A DNA stretch of 61,846 nt, counting the filler, from Globobulimina sp. (taxonomy: Eukaryota), in NCBI GenBank assembly GCA_003354225.1. It is 18 parts of 18 records of this genome, joined end to end, with 100 filler letters (N's around TTAATTAATTAA, not from the genome) between each part and the next. Parts side by side here need not be neighbours in the genome. Positions count along the whole stretch, not along the records: positions 10,333 to 13,675 come from PIVH01003021.1; positions 13,776 to 17,117 come from PIVH01003022.1; positions 17,218 to 20,559 come from PIVH01003023.1; positions 20,660 to 24,001 come from PIVH01003024.1; positions 24,102 to 27,443 come from PIVH01003025.1; 13 more parts are not named here. One strand, written 5' to 3'. The notes below the pieces were generated by a model. It did no database searches and had not been told where the DNA came from. It worked only from the letters and a program-made list of their open reading frames with translations. The translations under genes were made by a program, and so were the position numbers. This document shows, piece by piece, positions 12,965 to 24,596 of the stretch. Each line of letters starts with the position of its first letter. Positions within the stretch are counted from its first letter, which is position 1.

Positions 12965-13675
12965 TCAATGATGCTCAGTTGCAATATCACCTTCATTCGT
13001 ATCCAATTTTTTAAAATATTTTGCTAAACATTTTCTATCTTTAAAATTATCAATGCCCATTGTATACAAATCATTAGCTTCAATCTCTGGTAAATCACCT
13101 CCACAAATTTGTTGCTTCTGCAATGCGGCGGAGAATGCATCCATATATTTCGCAAATCGTTGATTTTCCAAAGATAAAACATAACGACAAATCTGCTCAA
13201 CTTTCCATGACTAATTATCGACACATAACTGGCTTAAATATTATGTGTAAGGATAAATATATTAACACATAACTTTATATGTCTTTGTGTCAGGATTCAT
13301 TTCACTATTTATTTTCTCATCTAATGATTGAATATCTTTTTTTATATTTTCCACATTTTGCTCAAACTCTTTCCATTCATCTAAAACAGCAGAAGTTTGC
13401 TGTTTCATTCTAACCAATTCCTTCATTGTAAATCTTTTAAGTTTCTTATTTGAGTTTTTTATGGATTGCTTTATTGACAACAGCGCTTTTGATGTATTCT
13501 CCAATGAAATGTTGAACACAGGATCTGATTTCAAAATTGTATATTTATCATCTGTACCATCACCATCAACAAACAGACGATACTTTACATCATAACCGGT
13601 TGGAAAGTTATTCACAGAAAAGATTTCTTTGTTATATTGATCATAAAAAGCAACCGTTTTTCCATCATAATCCAG
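12965..13675 (-). CDS. Coiled-coil plus C-terminal SAM-domain protein, 5'-truncated; intron 13211-13273
   Basis: Splicing gives YK|SWKVEQICRYV...ICGGDLPEIEANDLYTMGIDNFKDRKCL, a SAM pattern. Confidence 0.7.
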
Positions 13676-13775
13676 NNNNNNNNNNNNNNNNNNNNNNNNN
13701 NNNNNNNNNNNNNNNNNNNTTAATTAATTAANNNNNNNNNNNNNNNNNNNNNNNNNNNNNNNNNNNNNNNNNNNN

Positions 13776-16700
13776 AATGTTGACATGAATGTTGCTGAAA
13801 TTGTGGGCATCCCACACAAGAAAATCAATGAACAGTTGATCAGCGACCTGAAATCAATGATATTCGATGAACATAATGTTTTGACACTATCCATGACTGA
13901 ACATGGTACCATTTGCGTGGATTTCCAATATGACAAAACCGATTCAGACATTCAAGCGTTTCAACAGGAAATCCGCGAATTATTCGAGAGTACCAAATAT
14001 GGCCAAAATGTGCAGTTTTTACGTCCCAATGACCCGTATTTAGTCAAAATGAAATCGAGTGGCTCCAGCGATGAAATCGAAAAGTTACAACTGACGATCG
14101 AGTCTGCCAACCCTTCAAATAATAATATTATGATATTTGTCAACAAAGAACGCATTCGATATAATCCAAAGGAATTACACCATGGCGACCACATTTTATT
14201 CGGTACGCGGCATATATTCCAATTCATAAATCCGTTGGAATCGTCGTCCTTTGCTAATGCCGCTGACGAAGACGAGAAAAAAGAAGCAAATCAACAGGAG
14301 CATATTCAGAAAATATTAGATGAAGAAACCGTAAAACACAAGCACGTGAACAGTATATTTGATATGAAAAATCTTATCGTGAACAGAATGCAAACGAATG
14401 AGTTTAGAATCGGCAATGCAGAGTTAAGTAAACTACGCAATCTTAAATCGAATCAAATCGGCCATATATTTTGGAGGCACTCCATATTTCTGCAATTCCT
14501 TAATTTTGTCTTGCTTAATCACCAATAATTGCTGCTGTTGCATATCTTGTTGACGCTTTACATTATTTTCTTTATTTTGCAGTTCATTTTGAATTTGTAA
14601 CTCTTTCGTTTCCGTCATTTGTTTTTGTAACATTTGTCGATAATCTTTTTTATTTTGCTGCTGGATTTGCTGCAATTTCTCAGTCTCTTTTTGTTGCGCA
14701 TGGAAGGCTGCCACATTCTTCTCAAACTCCACGCGTTCAGTCATGGCCTGCTGTGCTAAACGCACTTCTTTTTCCGACCGTTGCCGTTCCCGAGCTGCGG
14801 CTAACATTTTTTTGGTGGCTTGTTTTTTTAACTCTTTCTCGCGTTGTTGTTGCCGCCATTGTCGCTCTGCATTTTCCTGAGATCTCCGTATCCGAATATC
14901 TTCCAATTTTTTCTCCTGCGCTTGTTTTTGGCCTTGTTTTGCCGAGATTTTATTTTTTTGCGTTTCCTTGGCGGCTTCGATGGCTTCTTGTTCTTTTTGA
15001 TATTGCTGTTCTCGCAAATCTTTATCCAATAAATATTTTGCGATTTTCTCGTCTTCCAACCGCTGTTTCTCTTTTTCTTTGGCTCGCAATTGTGCCAAAT
15101 CAGTATTTGATTTCTTGATCGCTTCCAATAATTTCTTGCCTTCCACATATTTTTTCTGCTGTTTTCGTTGTTCTTTTTGGTCCAAAACTTCCATTCTTTT
15201 CAATAATTCCGCGCCTTCTAACATTTTTTGCTCTTTTTCGATCATTCTTTTTTTTTCATTCTGCTGCAATTGTTGTACAATAATCTGAGCGGCTGCTTTG
15301 GTGCATTGCTGTCGTTTTTTTTCACGCGAATCCATTTTTTGTATCGCATTTATACGATCAATTTCCATCAAATCATCCATTCCCTTTTCCATGACTTTCT
15401 CTTTTTGTTTGATTTGCTGCTTTTCGACCAATTGCCGGTCGCGAATCGCTGCACATTTCGCATATAACACCAACGAATTCATTTGTTTTACGCATTCATA
15501 ATTTTCCAACATTTTATCGTTTGCTTGGTTTAACGTAGCTTGCCGTTGTCGCAATTTTTCTTGTTCCAAATCAGATAACATTGGTTTCGCATTTCTTGCT
15601 TTTTTCTCCAATGCCAACATTTTCCGTTTTCGTGCTTGTGCTTTTTCGTTTCGTGCCCGCAATTTTTCTTGTTTTATTCGGTGTACTTCTGCCGCAGATA
15701 CATACTTTGCATTTTTTCGAATGGATTGCAATTCGTTGGCTGCAATCACCACCGAATCCGCAGTGGGAAATTGCACATCGATTCCTTTGCGGATTTGTTG
15801 TAATATTTTCTCCGAAATAATGGCCGTATCTTTATTTACTCTCATAATATATTATTGTATTTCGTGGTGTTTTTAATAATTATTTGTCTACGTCAAATAT
15901 CATAATATTCAGTATCACCAATATCCAAAAGGAGCTATTAAAGCAAAAACAGGAAAGTGTGTCGCATGACGCGACCGGCGGGGACGCCTCACGTAAATTG
16001 GTGGACGCCTTCATGGAGGACTACCAAGTCATAACTCATAAATGTAACAGCGCCAATCAAATGAGTCTGTCCTTGGACAAAAACGTATTATTTGATGTAG
16101 GCACATTGTCCTATTTCGACAATGTGTTAAATGCAAAGCATGACCGAATTATAGTGACTCGAACCTGTCATTATAGCGACCCTGAATTGCAGCTGCAAAT
16201 GAAAACGAGTGAGTTCGAGTCGTTATTGAAGCAAATGACATATTATCATGAATTGGCGGAGGCGGATGGCGAGAACGTCGCTGCCGAGACGTTGGACGAC
16301 GACCCCTTTGTACCGCAGCACACCGAGACTTTGTTAGGCGAAGCAAAGCTCAAATTATCCGGACGCAAAATGCCCAAAAAAATCACGACATTGCCCATTC
16401 AGACCGCCAGCGGCGATCAGATCGGCACAATGTACGTCGAGTTGACCTTTAAGTTATTGTCGAAGAATGAGACCAATTGCTATGATATGAAGAAAATGGA
16501 AAATAAACAAGTGGCGCTGATCATTGGTTTCGAGAAGATCGAGACTGAGATGGAATTATCGTACGTTACGTTTACGTTTTGTGGCGTGGGAAAGGACATT
16601 GTTGCCATTTCAAATCGGCATGATATGGATATGGATGATGAGAAACGAGATGAGGCACACGATGTAACTAAGTCGTTTGTGCATGAATTCGAGGACAGTT

Positions 16701-16906
16701 ATCAAGTGCCAATGATCCAAATCACGTCGGCTTTTCGTAATTATCTAAGTGCGCCGGGCATAGTGTTCAAAATATGGGCTCCCGTCTTCGATGACGTCGG
16801 CCAAATGCCACCCATTATATCGTATAAGATACGCTCGAAAAAGATCACGTTACGCATACAGTTACCGGATGGGGAGACATCACAGTGCAGCAAAAACTTG
16901 TTATGA
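13776..16906 (+). CDS. Kinesin-3-like (KIF1/KIF13/KIF28 type) FHA and stalk/tail region, partial; predicted intron 14331-15931
   Basis: FHA-type VNKERI..PKELHHGDHILFGTRHIFQFINP; downstream exon has SANQMSLSLDKNVLF and DDDPF...LLGEA as in kinesin-3 stalks. No motor domain in the contig. Confidence 0.7.
14433..15845 (-). CDS. CFAP45: Cilia- and flagella-associated protein 45 (CCDC19, TPH-domain coiled coil)
   Basis: VKQMNSLVLYAKCAAIRDRQLVEK and C-terminal KIKELQKYGVPPKY; intact intronless 470-aa ORF. Confidence 0.88.
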   Translation of the reverse strand: MRVNKDTAIISEKILQQIRKGIDVQFPTADSVVIAANELQSIRKNAKYVSAAEVHRIKQEKLRARNEKAQARKRKMLALEKKARNAKPMLSDLEQEKLRQRQATLNQANDKMLENYECVKQMNSLVLYAKCAAIRDRQLVEKQQIKQKEKVMEKGMDDLMEIDRINAIQKMDSREKKRQQCTKAAAQIIVQQLQQNEKKRMIEKEQKMLEGAELLKRMEVLDQKEQRKQQKKYVEGKKLLEAIKKSNTDLAQLRAKEKEKQRLEDEKIAKYLLDKDLREQQYQKEQEAIEAAKETQKNKISAKQGQKQAQEKKLEDIRIRRSQENAERQWRQQQREKELKKQATKKMLAAARERQRSEKEVRLAQQAMTERVEFEKNVAAFHAQQKETEKLQQIQQQNKKDYRQMLQKQMTETKELQIQNELQNKENNVKRQQDMQQQQLLVIKQDKIKELQKYGVPPKYMADLIRFKIA

Positions 16907-17217
16907 GGCTCAAAATTGTGTCCGTTCAGAAATGCCAGCCAGTTTTCAAAATGCCAGCCAAATGTTGTTTTTCTAACTTTAGGTTCACCACTCTGCTATC
17001 TCGTCATTTCTCTTGCTGTCTTTTATGTTGTACAGGTTTAAATAGATACAGATCAATTTATTAAATGGAAATAATTACAAACTGCAATCGATATCATGAA
17101 ATATTAAAGACTTATGGNNNNNNNNNNNNNNNNNNNNNNNNNNNNNNNNNNNNNNNNNNNNTTAATTAATTAANNNNNNNNNNNNNNNNNNNNNNNNNNN
17201 NNNNNNNNNNNNNNNNN

Positions 17218-17526
17218 CATGGGATCACATTGGTTATTAAATCACAAGCACAATCCAACGTATTTAATGGCACAACAAAACAATGGATTTGTCAACATAT
17301 TATTGGTCAAACAAAAGGTAATTGATGTATTAAAACATTTTTCTTGCAATTATTGCAATATTCCTCATGTAATATAGAATATTCCTTGTATTAGTACATA
17401 AAATAAGCTATTACCTGTAATAAAACGAACCACGCCACGAATAATATGTTGACAAATCCATTGTTTTGTTGTGCCATTAAATACGTTGGATTGTGCTTGT
17501 GATTTAATAACCAATGTCATCCCATG
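17218..17526. repeat. 87-bp inverted repeat (17218-17304 / 17440-17526) at contig start
   Basis: Arms are reverse complements with one mismatch by eye; 135-nt spacer. Confidence 0.92.
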
Positions 17527-17730
17527 ACTGTGCGTGTTTGTTTGTTTGTGTATTATTGATTTAAAAGTGAGATCAGCAACGTTTCTGTACTTATTTATAT
17601 GTTGTCGGAGCTTTTAATGCAAGTCAAGGACAAAATCATTCATTTAAGCTGGTTTTAATCTTACGAACAGTCATTTATCAAGATTATAAATCAAAATTAA
17701 TTAATGCAAATAATTTATTTAAGTTGCAAA

Positions 17731-20244
17731 CTAAATCAAAGAGTCAATGATGGACAAATTTAGCAATAGTTTATCCACACGTTTTAAATGTCGGCTTGTA
17801 TATGCCATTAACGCACTATTTAATTGAGCGAAATTTTGTTTTTTATCCGAAAGTAATATTTCCGGCACATTTAAATCAATAATCCCTTGTTTTTCATTGA
17901 TTAATGTTCTATTTAATTGTAAGTTTAATAAATCATTAATATCAAACCTCGAATAAATAATATTTAATAATGATTGACATAAGAAGCAATATCTGCTGCT
18001 ACCGGTATTGAAATCGATTAAATATGTTATTAACGACGACAATTCCGCAGCATCTAAAGCACAAATTATATCTTCAATATTCACCATATTCTGATACTCT
18101 CTCAACAATAAACCAAATAATTTCTGCGGTTCATCCAACTGTAAACATAATTTGACCGCATATTTATATTGTTTATTATGTATAAAATTATTGATCTTTG
18201 TTTTATTTATCTCGATTTTATGCACCTTCTTCAATTTATTCCTCTCATTTTCGCCCGTTTTATCAGACCAAATATTTATAATCGAATCGCAACCAATCGA
18301 CAAATATTTATTCTGCTCTTTCAATTGAACAATTTTCCATATTTTATCATAATGATTTTTATATTCTTTAATGGTTTGATCCTCTTTCAACGACCAAACA
18401 GATACAACGCCACCACTCGAGCTCGACATAATTTGTGTCGAATAATTGATGAATAAAAAGGACAAAATGGGAGAATTATTGATGGACTGCAACACTTTCA
18501 CACATCGCAAGCCCTGATTTCGGCAATCATTCATATTCCATAACCGAATCTGTCCGTTGTTGTGCGAGCTCGCAATCAATTTGTCATCTTTACTGAACCG
18601 CACACAATAAACTATCTTCCCCTTCTTATAATGCACCGACTGTACATGGCTCAAACTGATATCATCGCTCTTGGCACTGTGCAGAAACTCAAACAAATTT
18701 ATTTTCGAATCACTGCCACCCGATACAATGTACTCTTTGTTGCCCGATATATCCAAATCGTTCACCTCGCCGTTATGCTCTGTCACTGTCATTAGAGCGC
18801 GATTCATTTGTTTGTTTTTTACATTGTTAATATTCCATACTGTGATGTCGCCATCGGCCGCGCCAGAAATAAATACATTTTCCATCACATTCTCAATCAC
18901 ATTGATGGCGCAGCCATTATGTGCGTCGGCAATGACAGCCATACATTTAAGCTCTGGCCAGCGCCAAAAACGAATGCTTTTATCCTTCGAGGCAGAGGCA
19001 ATGATTTTCTTTTTATAATCCACTGCCACGGACATTATAATGTCACTATGGCCGAGCAATAATTTGTAATGAAATGTTTTGTGATTGAATACTTTTAAAT
19101 TAATACTATTCGAGGCCAACACGAATGTATTCTCCTTTTCGTCCAACACGGCGATATCTAACATCTCGTCATTATAACCGACCAATATACGTTCAATAGC
19201 ACCATTTGCCACATTCGTGACATAGAAATTGCAATCTTCACTGGTTATCATTATCTCATTCTCCTTCATACGACACATATTGGTCAAGGGACTGCGACAA
19301 ATTTGTTTGTCTTTACTTTTGATGCGATGTAAAGCAAATTTGTCATTCATTTCATAGTAATGGATGGCGCCACTTTCATCGCCTAATAATACCATGTCGG
19401 CATTTAAGGATAACATGTTTGAAAAACTATAATTGGTATGAATAATATTCAATTTTTCATACGTATCGCTGCTGCCGCTCACATCCCAAATCACCACACA
19501 ATCATTGGTAGCAATGGAGACCATCAAGTCGCGCTTGTTATGACTGATAAATCCGATGTCCGCAACAGGCGATGCATGCATATTGGAGAGTGTTTTGATG
19601 TTATCGTCTCCGCGGACTTTGGTACGTAAATTGTAACATTTTATTCTCGTATCAGAGGCACCCGATACGAGTTCATAATGTTTATTGGGATTGGTTTTGA
19701 GCACAGTAATGGGTAAAAAGTGCGCTTTGTCAAACTTGGATAACACAAAACCATTTATGACATTCCAAACAATGACCGAACCGTCGCCAGTGCCGCCTAT
19801 TATTAGTTCGCTGTTTAAATTGAAGATTAAGACTCGAACTACGGACTTAATGTTGGTTTTGAATTCATTCTGTAACTGTAAGTTAACAATTTCCTTTTCG
19901 TTGTTATAAATGAGTTTAATTATTCTGATAAAATGATGTCGAGTAGAAATTGCAATAAATTTATCATTTAATGACACATCAAATGTAAGAATATTATCCA
20001 TTTCGTGTGAATTTGAGATTGTTTTGTTTAATGGCGATAATCTTTGAACACAGTCACCGATGGCAGTGCAATTAACGATGATCTCACCATTGATGGTTGA
20101 TAAAAAGGTCACTTCTGAATTGTTTAGACATGCGATCCAATTGTTACCTAAACGGCTATAAATGGCTTTGCCTCCAGTATAAGAACAACGGTGTTGTTTT
20201 TCTAAAACGAGATCACGACAAAGTAAACTTTGGTGTGCTGACAT
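17731..20244 (-). CDS. UTP13: U3 snoRNP WD40 protein Utp13/TBL3
   Basis: Many WD40 repeats, LVGYNDEMLDI, and C-terminal DFNTGSSRYCFLCQSLL and AYTSRHLKRVDKLL. Confidence 0.85.
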   Translation of the reverse strand: MSAHQSLLCRDLVLEKQHRCSYTGGKAIYSRLGNNWIACLNNSEVTFLSTINGEIIVNCTAIGDCVQRLSPLNKTISNSHEMDNILTFDVSLNDKFIAISTRHHFIRIIKLIYNNEKEIVNLQLQNEFKTNIKSVVRVLIFNLNSELIIGGTGDGSVIVWNVINGFVLSKFDKAHFLPITVLKTNPNKHYELVSGASDTRIKCYNLRTKVRGDDNIKTLSNMHASPVADIGFISHNKRDLMVSIATNDCVVIWDVSGSSDTYEKLNIIHTNYSFSNMLSLNADMVLLGDESGAIHYYEMNDKFALHRIKSKDKQICRSPLTNMCRMKENEIMITSEDCNFYVTNVANGAIERILVGYNDEMLDIAVLDEKENTFVLASNSINLKVFNHKTFHYKLLLGHSDIIMSVAVDYKKKIIASASKDKSIRFWRWPELKCMAVIADAHNGCAINVIENVMENVFISGAADGDITVWNINNVKNKQMNRALMTVTEHNGEVNDLDISGNKEYIVSGGSDSKINLFEFLHSAKSDDISLSHVQSVHYKKGKIVYCVRFSKDDKLIASSHNNGQIRLWNMNDCRNQGLRCVKVLQSINNSPILSFLFINYSTQIMSSSSGGVVSVWSLKEDQTIKEYKNHYDKIWKIVQLKEQNKYLSIGCDSIINIWSDKTGENERNKLKKVHKIEINKTKINNFIHNKQYKYAVKLCLQLDEPQKLFGLLLREYQNMVNIEDIICALDAAELSSLITYLIDFNTGSSRYCFLCQSLLNIIYSRFDINDLLNLQLNRTLINEKQGIIDLNVPEILLSDKKQNFAQLNSALMAYTSRHLKRVDKLLLNLSIIDSLI

Positions 20245-20382
20245 GATAAATAGAGGGTTTTTAGCAGTTTAAGTTAAAGATGTTTTGGTGCAGATGATCG
20301 AAATCGTCGGGATCGGAATATCTAGTATTATCTACACGATCAAAAGTAAGCCAAACACTGGAGTTAATCGCTCACCACAATA

Positions 20383-20529
20383 AAGAGCATCCGGTTTTCA
20401 ACGTCAGATTATTACTGTTTCTGAGAAACGAAGGCAAACCTATATAATTTTTGCCTTTGTCAGTCACCAGAAATGGTTTGCATCTACCTTACCCCAATAA
20501 AAATCTGACGCTGAAAACCGGATTCTCTT
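20383..20529. mobile_element. MITE-like element with 28-bp terminal inverted repeats
   Basis: AAGAGCATCCGGTTTTCAACGTCAGATT ... AATCTGACGCTGAAAACCGGATTCTCTT (2 mismatches); non-coding interior. Confidence 0.7.
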
Positions 20530-20659
20530 AGCTCAATAGTTGTGTCTGCAGTGGTGGTCNNNNNNNNNNNNNNNNNNNNNNNNNNNNNNNNNNNNNNNNN
20601 NNNTTAATTAATTAANNNNNNNNNNNNNNNNNNNNNNNNNNNNNNNNNNNNNNNNNNNN

Positions 20660-20868
20660 TCATATTGGTTCAATATCTCTGATATCACTGCATCTTCCAT
20701 TGAACTGAATAACCATTTTGTATACGTAGTAGATATTGCTTCACTATACGCATCTTTATAATGTTTGACAAGGCTTGCATCAAAGTTGGTTGTACAAAAA
20801 TTTCTTTCAGCAGAAAAACATAGTTGCACTGGCAAACGCGTGCCAGATATTACCATTTTAGAAAGCAT
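20660..20868 (-). CDS. 5' part of a hypothetical protein, possibly mitochondrion-targeted
   Basis: ATG 87 nt downstream of the previous stop; presequence-like N-terminus; runs into the linker. Confidence 0.35.
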
Positions 20869-20955
20869 TTACTTTACTTGAAGTTAAAAATTTTACTTGT
20901 TACAGAACAGCTCATGCGCCAATACAAAAAAACAAAATAAAAACATTACAATGCG

Positions 20956-23926
20956 TTAATTTATTGAAGTATCAAAATCAAGTCGAATCTCTTTCTCATT
21001 GTCATTATCAATGCATTTTAAATCAACAAATACTCGGATTGTTGAATCGCCAAAGAAAAATCTCACCGGAATTGAATCATTTTGCTCTTGCCATCCTTTT
21101 GGTAAATTATATTCCTTTTTAGCACATAATTTTGAATTTTTACCATCATCATACGTAAAAACTGGATTAATTTCATCAGATTCATACAATTTAATTATCA
21201 TTTTATCAGCATTTTTATCCGAAGGTTCAAAATAAAATACTTTGGGTTCATCCTCTAATCTTATAACATCATTTTTTCTTACAAATGGAAGAAAACAATT
21301 ATTCACCCATTGATTATTGTCGATAGTAATAATTTGATCATCCTTAATTTTAATATTTGGGTAAGATCTCATAAATTGATATAATGATTTTTGTATTGAT
21401 AATCCATACGTTTTTGATACGGTTCTACTTGAAATATAATCCGGTCGTTCTCCATACCGAGCTGCGCCATCCACGACGCATAAAATGGGTCTTTTGGGGG
21501 TTAATATTTTCACTTTGAACCGCGAAGATGGGCCAAATTCATAAAATATTTTCGATTGTAAATATTTTGATTCACTAAAACCACCAACTAAACAAATGTA
21601 TTTTATATCTTTAATTTGGGATAATAAATATTTGCAATGTTCAATTATTTTATCAATTATCAAATCAAATAAATATCGAAATATTGATTCTTCAAAATAT
21701 AACTTATCTTTATCGGATTTTATTAAATGTGCAAACTGGCCAAATAATTTAAAATTTTCTAAATATAATTGTATCCATTCATGCTCCTTCATATCATTGT
21801 CACTGTCACTATCATCATTTCCTTGCATTCCTTTTTTTAACACGCGTCGGGTATCCCTTTCAATGCATTTTCCAATTTCTTCCACAAACTCAAACGGCAG
21901 CGATACGTCATGGAATTTTCTTTCTTTTTTGCTTTTGTTTTGCGACGCATATTGTATAAAAGCCATTGAATTCATGGTAAATATCTCCACATTATTTCTA
22001 TAAAAATTGTCATCAAATCGTCGCGAATCCACATCGACACCAAATTTAAATCTCTCTTTTCTAAATCTAAAACTTCGTAACAACTTTACATATTTGTCGG
22101 GATATTTCTTTTCAAAGTTATCGATCCATTTTGCTTTAAAGATTTTGCGTATTAATTTCTCAAACTCTTTATCAATATACGCGGAACCCCATGGTCCACC
22201 GCCTAAATATATGCATTGGATAAACAGTGAAAAGCAAATGAATAAACAATGAAAAATAAAACCAAACTGGGCGCACGGATCTGTTTTACATGGAAGGCAT
22301 CCAGAATTTCATGGGATGCACAATCTGCTGTACCACCGCCTAAATCTAACAATAAATACCGATCACTCACATTGAATATAGTGCCATGCGTCTTATTCTT
22401 CTTATTATATTTCGTACTCATATCTGAATAGGAGTTACGGATCGATATGGAAGCACAATCGGGTTCATACGCAATTAATAAATGATTTTCAATGTTCTTT
22501 TTTTTATTGATCATGCCTGCGTTTTCTGCACATCTTTCCATTATATATTTTGCTTTATTGCTCCATATTGCTGGCACACTGACAATCCATTGAATTTCCT
22601 CGATATCTGTAATAAAATATGGCTTCTTTTTCACAATACTCATTACTTTATCTTTCATGAATCGCAATGCGGCAATCAATATCTTTGATGATGAATAGGT
22701 TCGGCCACCAACAGCACGAATACTTTCTGCAATGTCACATTTATTATCATCCTCATTCTCTTTGTCTTCCTCTTTACTGTCTGCAGCTGCTGCATTGACA
22801 TTCGATTGATTAATATGCGAACTATGTTTATATAACAACATTTTAAAATGTTCAAAAAACATTGGAGCATTGTTAGCCTTTTCCTCATCATAATCACTGT
22901 CATCACCACTGCTTTCCACAGCATTTTCAGCTATATTTGAATATAGATCGGCAGCATCACTCCCAAAAGCTAACACCTTGCCATCTTTTGGAGATATTAA
23001 TATATTTGTTTTTGTTTTTGTATTTTGTTTGTTTGAGCCCCATTGATGGATTAACACTTTGTTTGTCTGGGGGTTAAGGAGTGAAATCGCTGAACCATCC
23101 GTACCAAAATCAATACCGCAATGAACTTTAAAATTTCCTTTGCGATTAATTTTGAAAGGTCTATACACTTTTTCTTCCTTTTCGTCTTTTTCTTCTTTGA
23201 TACGTAATGCGCATTCAATGGATCTCAACACGGACGGAAATAATGCAGCGATATCTGGTATTTCCATTTGATTCACTTTTAAATCGATTGCAAGTCCGTC
23301 CGAGATCATAATTTTTATAAATTTATCGACATGCGATGTTTTTGCACCGATACAATATTCAATTCCTTTATTTTTAATTAATTTCAATATATCATTATGA
23401 TCGGCGTCATTGACATGTTTATCTGGATATCGATCCAATTTTATTCTTTCTTTATCCGATAATTTATATTCCATTTTACTTTGAATAAATGAGTTATTAT
23501 AATCGTCTATATCATCATCACTCGATTCGTCCTTATCATCGTCTTCTTCTTCCATTGACATCATTTTACTCAATGTAGATAGCATAGAATCAATTTGTTG
23601 TATTTTTGTATCAAACAAATCATGATACATTGTACCATGGGGTGGTGCATCACAGATATGATATAATATTTTTATTGGCGCAGTCCATTTGAGATTAATT
23701 GCGGTTTCTAATCCGCCCAAAACATCCTCTGCTGCGTCATCGCCGCCTTCCTCTTTTAAATTGGATACAAATCTTTCAAATAATGGAATGTCTGTGGTAA
23801 AGGGTAAAGTTTCTAATCGTTCACCGTCGCCAATCCAATCTCTATATGCTACAAATGCAACACGAAACGCATCAATACCAAATTGATAACGCGATTGACT
23901 GATTATTTTACCAATATCTTCCTTTA
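20956..23926 (-). CDS. vWA domain fused to HSPA12-like (atypical Hsp70) domain, 5'-truncated; intron 22203-22267
   Basis: vWA: FVAYRDW, GGDDAAEDVLGGL, ICDAPPHG. Hsp70-like: GIDFGTDGS, WIVSVPAIW, AYEPDCAS, LDLGGGTAD, spliced PSGGPWGS, LVGGFSESKYL, VVDGAA. Confidence 0.85.
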
Positions 23927-24101
23927 CTGTTTTGTTATGTGACATGCGTTGTGTGCTGATTGTTTTGTCATTGTGTCAGCACAGAACAGAAAGTCAGAAA
24001 CNNNNNNNNNNNNNNNNNNNNNNNNNNNNNNNNNNNNNNNNNNNNTTAATTAATTAANNNNNNNNNNNNNNNNNNNNNNNNNNNNNNNNNNNNNNNNNNN
24101 N

Positions 24102-24368
24102 AATGTCAGCTTCCGTCTCACTCGATTCGCTGTTATCTATAAAGGTGTCATAATTAATAATTATTTCATCATCAAAATCACATTGAAGGCGTTCCAATAA
24201 ATGCGAGACATCCAACCAAATATCGTTTGTTTTGATGTTTTGAGGGTCCACTGCTAATAATTCACATTCGTCATTGTCATTATACCCGGTGAGTTGCAGT
24301 AAATTTTGTGTCATTAATAAGTGTCTTAAACGTGCATTTTCTGCATTGTTCAAACCATTTTTAGCCAT
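24102..24368 (-). CDS. Hypothetical protein fragment
   Basis: ORF with plausible composition running into the linker. Confidence 0.3.
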
Positions 24369-24535
24369 ATTATCCGTTATAAATAAGGAAGGATTTGTGT
24401 TTTGAAAATCATTGTTTTGTTTTATTTTTTATTGCTTTGTCCATCTCTGCTTTTGGGTCCAATTTGTGATATTTATCAAATTCAAATTGCTTTCCATAAA
24501 GTTCCATTGTGAGGATCCTTTACATAATGATTTGC

Positions 24536-24596
24536 TGTCGCCACAGGATTCGAACCTGTATCTTCTGGATCAATCCAGTGCTTGAGCTATGCGACT
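24536..24596 (-). pseudogene. Degenerate tRNA-like sequence
   Basis: Intact T-arm ACAGG-TTCGAAT-CCTGT, 5-bp acceptor stem GTCGC/GCGAC, TAGCTCA start of D-arm; D-loop missing and anticodon loop only 4 nt. Confidence 0.75.

Noticed and set aside
14331-14528. Coding overlap between the 13785 ORF and the CFAP45 3' end
   Set aside because: Better explained as read-through into the intron after the donor at 14331.
24536-24596. Functional tRNA gene
   Set aside because: No 7-nt anticodon loop, no D-loop and only five acceptor pairs.
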